Assembly (NCBI GenBank): GCA_964247055.1
Contig: OZ176058.1
Location: forward strand, 4,154,001-4,218,000
Length of the DNA: 64,000 nt
Origin: Paragordius varius
Taxonomy: Eukaryota; Animalia; Nematomorpha
Direction: 5' to 3'
A program made the translations under genes and the position numbers. Below the pieces are notes generated by a model. That model made no database searches and was not told the origin of the DNA. It worked only from the letters and a program-made list of their open reading frames with translations. Positions 1-10,500 of this stretch are shown here, piece by piece; position 1 is the stretch's first letter, and each line of letters opens with the position of its first letter.

Positions 1-1269
1 AAATATGTTGCCCAATAGCTTTTTAGTATTTCCAACAATGAAACATATATTTTCAACAATCAAATAATTTTTCCAACAATCAAAATATGTTTTCTTTTAA
101 CTTTTTAGTGTTTCCAACAATCAAACATATATTTTAAACAATCAAATAATTTTTACAACAATCAAAATATGTTGCCCAATAGCTTTTTAGTGTTTCCAAC
201 AATGAAACATATATTTTCAACAATCAAATAATTTTTCAAACAATCAAAATATGTTGCCCAATAGCTTTTTAGTGTTTCCAACAATCAAACATATATTTTC
301 AACAATCAAATAATTTTTCAAACAATCAAAATATGTTCCCCAATAGCTTTTTAGTATTTCCAACAATCAAACATATTCAACAATCAAATAATTTTTCCAA
401 CATCAAATTATGTTGTCTTTTAACTTTTTAGTGTTTCCAACAATCAATCATATATTTTCAACAAAATAATTTCCAACAAAATATGATGCCCAATAGCTTT
501 TTAGTGTTTCTAATTTCCAACAATCAAAATTTGATTTCTTTTAACTTTTTAGTGTTTCCAACAATCAAACTATTTTCAATAATCAAATAATTTTTCAAAC
601 AATCAAAATATGTTACCCAATAGCTTTTTAGTATTTCTAACAATCAAACATATATTTTCAACAATCAAATAATTTTTCCAACAATCGAATTATGTTGTCT
701 TTTAACTTTTTAGTGTTTCCAACAATCAATCATATATTTTCAACAATCAAATAATTTTCCAACAATAAATATGTTGCCCAATAGTTTTTTACTGTTTCCA
801 ACAATTAAATAATTTTTTCAACAATCAAATTATGTTGTCTTTTAACTTTTTAGTGTTTCCAACAATCAAACATATATTTTCAACAATCAAATAATTTTTC
901 CAACAATCAAATTATGTTGTCTTAACTTTATAGTGTTTTCAACAATCAATCATATATTTTCAACAATCAAATAATTTCTCCAACAATCAAAATATGATGC
1001 CCAATAACTTTTTAGTGTTTCCAACAATGAAACATATATTTTCAACAATCAAATAATTTTTCAAACAATCAAAATATGTTGCCCAATAGCTTTTTAGTGT
1101 TTCCAACAATCAAACATATATTTTCAACAATCAAATAATTTTTCAAACAATCAAAATATGTTGCCCAATAGCTTTTTAGTATTTCCAACAATCAAACATA
1201 TATTTTCAACAATCAAATAATTTTTCCAACAATCAAAATATGTTGCCCAATAGCTTTTTAGTACTTCCA

Positions 1270-4200
1270 ACAATCAAATAATTTTTCCAACAATCAAAAT
1301 ATATTTTCTTTTAACTTTTTAGTGTTTCCAACAATCAAACATATATTTTCAACAATCAAATAATTTTTTTAAAAATCAAAATATGTTGCCCAATAGCTTT
1401 TTAGTATTTCCAACAATCAAATAATTTTTCCAACAATCAAAATATGTTTTCTTTTAACTTTTTAGTGTTTCCAACAATCAAACATATATTTCAACAATCA
1501 AATAAATTTTCCAACAATCAAAATATGTTGCCCAATAGCTTTTTAGTATTTCCAACAATCAAACATATATTTTCAACAATCAAATAATTTTTCCAACAAT
1601 CGAATTATGTTGTCTTTTAACTTTTTAGTGTTTCCAACAATCAATCATATATTTTCAACAATCAAATAATTTTCCAACAATAAATATGTTGCCCAACAGT
1701 TTTTTACTGTTTCCAAAAATTAAATAATTTTTTCAACAATCAAATTATGTTGTCTTTTAACTTTTTAGTGTTTCCAACAATCAAACATATATTTTCAACA
1801 ATCAAATAATTTTTCCAACAATCAAAATATGTTTTCTTCTAACTTTTTAGTGTTTCCAACAATCAAACATATATTTTCAACAATCAAATAATTTTTACAA
1901 CAATCAAAATATGTTGCCCAATAGCTTTTTAGTGTTTCCAACAATGAAACAGATATTTTCAACAATCACATAATTTTTCAAACAATCAAAATATGTTGCC
2001 CAATAGCTTTTTAGTGTTTCCAACAATCAAACATATATTTTCAACAATCAAATAATTTTTCAAACAATCAAAATATGTTCCCCAATAGCTTTTTAGTTTT
2101 TCCAACAATCAAACATATATTTTCAACAATCAAATTATTTTTCCAACAATCAAATTATGTTGTCTTTTAACTTTTTAGTGTTTCCAACAATCAATCATAT
2201 ATTTTCAACAAACTAATTTCCAACAAAATATGATGCCCAATAGCTTTTTAGTGTTTCTAATTTCCAACAATCAAAATTTGATTTCTTTTAACTTTTTAGT
2301 GTTTCCAACAATCAAACATATATTTTCAACAATCAAATAATTTTTCCAACAATCAAAATATGTTTTCTCTTAACTTTTTAGTCTTTCCAACAATCAAACA
2401 TATATTTTCAACAATCAAATAATTTCCAACAAAATATGATGCCCAATAGCTTTTTAGTGTTTCTAATTTCCAACAATCAAAATTTGATTTCTTTTAACTT
2501 TTTAGTGTTTCCAACAATCAAACATATATTTTCAACAATCAAATAATTTTTCCAACAATCAAAATATGTTTTCTTTTAACTTTTTAGTCTTTCCAACAAT
2601 CAAACATATATTTTCAACAATCAAATAATTTTTTTAACAATCAAATAATTTTTTTAACAATCAAAATATGTTGCCAAATAGCTTTTTAGTATTTCCAACA
2701 ATCAAATAATTTTTCCAACAATCAAAATATGTTTTCTTTTAACTTTTTAGTGTTTCCAACAATCAAACATATATTTTCAACAATCAAATAATTTTTCCAA
2801 CAATCAAAATATGTTGCCCAATAGCTTTTTAGTATTTCCAACAATCAAACATATATTTTCAACAATCAAATAATTTTTCCAACAATCAAAATATGTTTTC
2901 GTTTAACTTTTTAGTGTTTCCAACAATCAAACATATATTTTCAACAATCAAATAATTTTTACAACAATCAAAATATGTTGCCCAATAGCTTTTTAGTGTT
3001 TCCAACAATGAAACATATATTTTCAACAATCTAATAATTTTTCAAACAATCAAAATATGTTGTCTTTTAACTTTTTAGTGTTTCCAACAATCAATCATAT
3101 ATTTTCAACAATCAAATAATTTCCAACAAAATATGATGCACAATAGCTTTTTAGTGTTTCTAATTTCCAACAATCAAAATTTGATTTCTTTTAACTTTTT
3201 AGTGTTTCCAACAATCAAACATATATTTTCAACAATCAAATAATTTTTCAAACAATCAAAATATGTTGCCCAATAGCTTTTTACTGTTTCCAACAATCAA
3301 ACATATATTTTCAACAATCAAATAATTTTTCAAACAATCAAAATATGTTGCCCAATAGCTTTTTAGTATTTCCAACAATCAAACATATATTTTCAACAAT
3401 CAAATAATTTTTCCAACAATCAAAATATGTTGCCCAATAGCTTTTTAGTACTTCCAACAATCAAATAATTTTTCCAACAATCAAAATATGTTTTCTTTTA
3501 ACTTTTTAGTGTTTCCAACAATCAAACATATATTTTCAACAATCAAATAATTTTTTTAACAATCAAAATATGTTGCCCAATAGCATTTTAGTATTTCCAA
3601 CAATCAAATAATTTTTCCAACAATCAAAATATGTTTTCTTTTAACTTTTTAGTGTTTCCAACAATCAAACATATATTTCAACAATCAAATAAATGTTCCA
3701 ACAATCAAAATATGTTGCCCAATAGCTTTTTAGTATTTCCAACAATCAAACATATATTTTCAACAATCAAATAATTTTTACAACAATCAAAAAATGTTGC
3801 CCAATAGCTTTTTAGTGTTTCCAACAATGAAACATATATTTTCAACAATCAAATAATTTTTCCAACAATCAAATTATGTTGTCTTTTAACTTTTTAGTGT
3901 TTCCAACAATCAATCATATATTTTCAACAAAATAATTTCCAACAAAATATGATGCCCAATAGCTTTTTAGTGTTTCTAATTTCCAACAATCAAAATTTGA
4001 AATCTTTTAACTTTTTAGTGTTTCCAACAATCAAACATATATTTTCAACAATCAAATAATTTTTCAAACAATCAAAATATGTTGCCCAATAGCTTTTTAC
4101 TGTTTCCAACAATCAAACATATATTTTCAACAATCAAATAATTTTTCAAACAATCAAAATATGTTGCCCAATAGCTTTTTAGTATTTCCAACAATCAAAC

Positions 4201-5130
4201 ATATATTTTCAACAATCAAATAATTTTTCCAACAATCAAAATATGTTGCCCAATAGCTTTTTAGTACTTCCAACAATCAAATAATTTTTCCAACAATCAA
4301 AATATGTTTTCTTTTATCTTTTTAGTGTTTCCAACAATCAAACATATATTTTCAACAATCAAATAATTTTTTTTTAACAATCAAAATATGTTGCCCAATA
4401 GCTTTTTAGTATTTCCAACAATCAAATAATTTTTCCAACAATCAAAATATGTTTTCTTTTAACTTTTTAGTGTTTCCAACAATCAAACATATATTTCAAC
4501 AATCAAATAAATTTTTCCAACAATCAAAATATGTTTTCTTTTAACTTTTTAGTGTTTCCAACAATCAAACATATATTTTCAACAATCAAATAATTTTTAC
4601 AACAATCAAAAAATGTTGCCCAATAGCTTTTTAGTGTTTCCAACAATGAAACATATATTTTCAACAATCAAATAATTTTTCAAACAATCAAAATATGTTG
4701 CCCAATAGCTTTTTAGTGTTTCCAACAATCAAACATATATTTTCAACAATCAAATAATTTTTCAAACAATCAAAATATGTTCCCCAATAGCTTTTTAGTA
4801 TTTCCAACAATCAAACATATATTTTCAACAATCAAATAATTTTTCCAACAATCAAATTATGTTGTCTTTTAACTTTTTAGTGTTTCCAACAATCAATCAT
4901 ATATTTTCAACAAAATAATTTCCAACAAAATATGATGCCCAATAGCTTTTTAGTGTTTCTAATTTCCAACAATCAAAATTTGATTTCTTTTAACTTTTTA
5001 GTGTTTCCAACAATCAAACATATATTTTCAACAATCAAATAATTTCCAACAAAATATGATGCCCAATAACTTTTTAGTGTTCCTAATTTCCAACAATCAA
5101 AATTTGATTTCTTTTAACTTTTTAGTGTTT
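1270..5130. repeat. ~3.9 kb satellite block, copy 1 of a long-range near-identical pair (partner at ~59513-63373)
   Basis: Rare variants recur at a constant +58,243 offset: ATATTTTC 1301/59544, AAAAATC 1371/59614, CGAATT 1601/59844, GTTTTCTTCT 1831/60074, AGATATTTT 1951/60194, TGTTTTCTCT 2361/60604, TTGCCAAAT 2671/60914, CAAAAAATG 3788/62031, T9 run 4367/62610. Confidence 0.93.
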
Positions 5131-5419
5131 CCAACAATCAAACATATATTTCAACAATCAAATAAATTTTCCAACAATCAAAATATGTTGCCCAATAGCT
5201 TTTTAGTATTTCCAACAATCAAACATATATTTTCAACAATCAAATAATTTTTCCAACAATCAAAATATGTTTTCTTTTAACTTTTTAGTGTTTCCAACAA
5301 TCAAACATATATTTTCAACAATCAAATAATTTTTACAACAATCAAAATATGTTGCCCAATAGCTTTTTAGTGTTTCCAACAATCAAACATATATTTTCAA
5401 CAATCAAATAATTTTTCCA

Positions 5420-6720
5420 ACAATCAAATTATGTTGTCTTTTAACTTTTTAGTGTTTCCAACAATCAATCATATATTTTCAACAAAATAATTTCCAACAA
5501 AATATGATGCCCAATAGCTTTTTAGTGTTTCTAATTTCCAACAATCAAAATTTGATTTCTTTTAACTTTTTCGTGTTTCCAACAATCAAACATATATTTT
5601 CAACAATCAAATAATTTTTACAACAATCAAAATATGTTGCCCAATAGCTTTTTAGTGTTTCCAACAATGAAACATATATTTTCAACAATCAAATAAATTT
5701 TCAAACAATCAAAATATGTTGCCCAATAGCTTTTTAGTGTTTCCAACAATCAAACATATATTTTCAACAATCAAATAATTTTTCAAACAATCAAAATATG
5801 TTCCCCAATAGCTTTTTACTATTTCCAACAATCAAACATATATTTTTAACAATCAAATAATTTTTCCAACAATCAAATTATGTTGTCTTTTAACTTTTTA
5901 GTGTTTCCAACAATCAATCATATATTTTCAACAAAATAATTTCCAACAAAATATGATGCCCAATAGCTTTTTAGTGTTTCTAATTTATAACAATCAAAAT
6001 TTGATTTCTTTTAACTTTTTAGTGTTTCCAACAATCAAACATATATTTTCAACAATCAAATAATTTTTGCAACAATCAAATTATGTTGTCTTTTAACTTT
6101 TTAGTGTTTCCAACAATCAATCATATATTTTCAACAAAATAATTTCCAACAAAATATGATGCCCAATAGCTTTTTAGTGTTTCTAATTTCCAACAATCAA
6201 AATTTGATTTCTTTTAACTTTTTCGTGTTTCCAACAATCAAACATATATTTTCAACAATCAAATAATTTTTACAACAATCAAAATATGTTGCCCAATAGC
6301 TTTTTAGTGTTTCCAACAATGAAACATATATTTTCAACAATCAAATAAATTTTCAAACAATCAAAATATGTTGCCCAATAGCTTTTTAGTGTTTCCAACA
6401 ATCAAACATATATTTTCAACAATCAAATAATTTTTCAAACAATCAAAATATGTTCCCCAATAGCTTTTTACTATTTCCAACAATCAAACATATATTTTTA
6501 ACAATCAAATAATTTTTCCAACAATCAAATTATGTTGTCTTTTAACTTTTTAGTGTTTCCAACAATCAATCATATATTTTCAACAAAATAATTTCCAACA
6601 AAATATGATGCCCAATAGCTTTTTAGTGTTTCTAATTTCCAACAATCAAAATTTGATTTCTTTTAACTTTTTAGTGTTTCCAACAATCAAACATATATTT
6701 TCAACAATCAAATAATTTTC
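5420..6720. repeat. Local tandem duplication, period 652 bp
   Basis: TCGTG 5571/6223, AAATAAATTTTCAAAC 5691/6343 and GCTTTTTACTATTTCC 5811/6463 are all offset by 652. Confidence 0.9.
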
Positions 6721-7599
6721 CCAACAATCAAAATATGTTTTCTATTAACTTTTTAGTGTTTCCAACAATCAAACATATATTTTCAACAATCAAATAATTT
6801 CCAACAAAATATGATGCCCAATAGCTTTTTAGTGTTTCTAATTTCCAACAATCAAAATTTGATTTCTTTTAACTTTTTAGTGTTTCCAACAATCAAACAT
6901 ATATTTTCAACAATCAAATAATTTTTCCAACAATCAAAATATGTTTTCTTTTAACTTTTAAGTGTTTCCAACAATCAAACATATATTTTCAACAATCAAA
7001 TAATTTTTTTAACAATCAAATAATTTTTTTAACAATCAAAATATGTTGCCCAATAGCTTTTTAGTATTTCCAACAATCAAATAATTTTTCCAACAATCAA
7101 AATATGTTGTCTTTTAACTTTTTAGTGTTTCCAACAATCAAACATATATTTTCAACAATCAAATAATTTTTCCAACAATCAAAATATGTTGCCCAATAGC
7201 TTTTTAGTATTTCCAACAATCAATCATATATTTTCAACAATCAAATAATTTCTCCAACAATCAAAATATGATGCCCAATAACTTTTTAGTGTTTCCAACA
7301 ATGAAACATATATTTTCAACAATCAAATAATTTTTCAAACATTCAAAATATGTTGCCCAATAGCTTCTACTGTTTCCAACAATCAAACATATATTTTCAA
7401 CAATCAAATAATTTTTCAAACAATCAAAATATGTTGCCCAATAGCTTTTTAGTATTTCCAACAATCAAACATATATTTTCAACAATCAAATAATTTTTCC
7501 AACAATCAAAATATGTTGCCCAATAGCTTTTTAGTACTTCCAACAATCAAATAATTTTTCCAACAATCAAAATATGTTTTCTTTTAACTTTTTAGTGTT

Positions 7600-10500
7600 T
7601 CCAACAATCAAACATATATTTCCAACAATCAAATAATTTTTTTAACAATCAAAATATGTTGCCCAATAGCTTTTTAGTATTTCCAACAATCAAATAATTT
7701 TTCCAACAATCAAAATATGTTTTCTTTTAACTTTTTAGTGTTTCCAACAATCAAACATATATTTCAACAATCAAATAAATTTTCCAACAATAAAAATATG
7801 TTGCCCAATAGCTTTTTAGTATTTCCAACAATCAAACATATATTTTCAACAATCAAATAATATTTCCAACAATCAAAATATGTTTTCTTTTAACTTTTTA
7901 GTGTTTCCAACAATCAAACATATATTTTCAACAATCAAATAATTTTTACAACAATAAAAATATGTTGCCCAATAGCTTTTTAGTGTTTCCAACAATGAAA
8001 CATATATTTTCAACAATCAAATAATTTTTCAAACAATCAAAATATGTTGCCCAATAGCTTTTTAGTGTTTCCAACAATCAAACATATATTTTCAACAATC
8101 AAATAATTTTTCAAACAATCAAAATATGTTCCCCAATAGCTTTTTAGTATTTAACAATCAAACATATATTTTCAACAATCAAATAATTTTTCCAACAATC
8201 AAATTATGTTGTCTTTTAACTTTTTAGTGTTTCCAACAATCAATCATATATTTTCAACCTAATAATTTCCAACAAAATATGATGCCCAATAGCTTTTTAG
8301 TGTTTCTAATTTCCAACAATCAAAATTTGATTTCTTTTAACTTTTTAGTGTTTCCAACAATCAAACATATATTTTCAACAATCAAATAATTTTTCCAACA
8401 ATCAAAATATGTTTTCGTTTAACTTTTTAGTGTTTCCAACAATCAAACATATATTTTCAACAATCAAATAATTTTTACAACAATCAAAATATGTTGCCCA
8501 ATAGCTTTTTAGTGTTTCCAACAATGAAACATATATTTTCAACAATCAAATAATTTTTCAAACAATCAAAATATGTTGTCTTTTAACTTTTTATTGTTTC
8601 CAACAATCAATCATATATTTTCAACAATCAAATAATTTCCAACAAAATATGATGCACAATAGCTTTTTAGTGTTTCTAATTTCCAACAATCAAAATTTGA
8701 TTTCTTTTAACTTTTTAGTGTTTCCAACAATCAAATATATATTTTCAACAATCAAATAATTTTCCCAACAATCAAAATATGTTTTCTATTAACTTTTTAG
8801 TGTTTCCAACAATCAAACATATATTTTCAACAATCAAATAATTTTCCCAACAATCAAAATATGTTTTCTATTAACTTTTTAGTGTTTCCAACAATCAAAC
8901 ATATATTTTCAACAATCAAATAATTTCCAACAAAATATGATGCCCAATAGCTTTTTAGTGTTTCTAATTTCCAACAATCAAAATTTGATTTCTTTTAACT
9001 TTTTAGTGTTTCCAACAATCAAACATATATTTTCAACAATCAAATAATTTTTCCAACAATCAAAATATGTTTTCTTTTAACTTTTTAGTGTTTCCAACAA
9101 TCAAACATATATTTTCAACAATCAAATAATTTTTTAACAATCAAATAATTTTTTTAACAATCAAAATATGTTGCCCAATAGCTTTTTAGTATTTCCAACA
9201 ATCAAATAATTTTTCCAACAATCAAAATATGTTTTCTTTTAACTTTTTAGTGTTTCCAACAATCAAACATATATTTTCAACAATCAAATAATTTTTCCAA
9301 CAATCAAAATATGTTGCCCAATAGCTTTTTAGTGTTTCCAACAATCAAACATATATTTTCAACAATCAAATAATTTTTACAACAATCAAAATATGTTGCC
9401 CAATAGCTTTTTAGTGTTTCCAACAATGAAACATATATTTTCAACAATCAAATAATTTTTCAAACAATCAAAATATGTTGTCTTTTAACTTTTTAGTGTT
9501 TCCAACAATCAATCATATATTTTCAACAATCAAATAATTTCCAACAAAATATGATGCACAATAGCTTTTTAGTGTTTCTAATTTCCAACAATCAAAATTT
9601 GATTTCTTTTAACTTTTTAGTGTTTCCAACAATCAAACATATATTTTCAACAATCAAATAATTTTTCCAACAATCTTATTATGTTGTCTTTTAACTTTTT
9701 AGTGTTTCCAACAATCATATTTTCAAGATAATTTTTCCAACAATCAAAATATGTTGCCCAATAGCTTTTTAGTATTTTCAACAATCAAACATATATTTTC
9801 AACAATCAAATAATTTTTCCAACAATCAAAATATGTTTTCTTTTAACTTTTTAGTGTTTCCAACAAGCAAACATATATTTTCAACAATCTAATAAATTTT
9901 TTAACAATCAAAATATGTTGCTCAATAGCTTTTTGGTATTTCCAACAATCAAATAATTTTTCCAACAATCAAAATATGTTGTCTTTTAACTTTTTAGTGT
10001 TTCCAACAATCAAACATATATTTTCACCAATCAAATAATTTTTCCAACAATCAAAATTTGTTGCCCAATAGCTTTTTAGTATTTCGAACAATCAAACATA
10101 TATTTTCAACAATCAAATATTTTTTCCAACAATCAAAATATGTTTTCTTTTAACTTTTTAGTGTTTTCAACAATCAAACATATATTTCCAACAATCAAAT
10201 AATTTTTTTAACAATCAAAATATGTTGCCCAATAGCTTTTTAGTATTTCCAACAATCAAATAATTTTTCCAACAATCAAAATATGTTTTCTTTTAACTTT
10301 TTAGTGTTTCCAACAATCAAACATATATTTCAACAATCAAATAAATTTTCCAACAATAAAAATATGTTGCCCAATAGCTTTTTAGTATTTCAAACAATCA
10401 AACATATATTTTCAACAATCAAATAATATTTCCAACAATCAAAATATGTTTTCTTTTAACTTTTTAGTGTTTCCAACAATCAAACATATATTTTCAACAA

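Noticed and set aside
10-19. CCAAT box (NF-Y site) in A monomers
   Set aside because: The flanks (GC-CCAAT-AG) do not fit the NF-Y RRCCAATSR preference, and there is no promoter context.
772-800. AATAAA polyadenylation-like hexamer in the ACAATAAATATG variant (~762-767 and many copies)
   Set aside because: Expected by chance from a small deletion or substitution in AT-rich repeat; no transcript evidence.
4361-4380. Homopolymer length variants (T5-T9) as meaningful polymorphism
   Set aside because: Individually indistinguishable from sequencing or consensus error. I used them only where reproduced at a fixed offset with other markers.
5056-5247. 63-aa ORF (MMPNNFLVF...)
   Set aside because: It is a translation of satellite monomers. 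It is open only because frameshifting length variants happen to avoid stop codons, and the 82-bp period is not a multiple of 3.
7261-7464. 67-aa minus-strand ORF
   Set aside because: It is a reverse translation of ~2.5 monomers with a repeating peptide (KSYWATYF...), and has no gene context.
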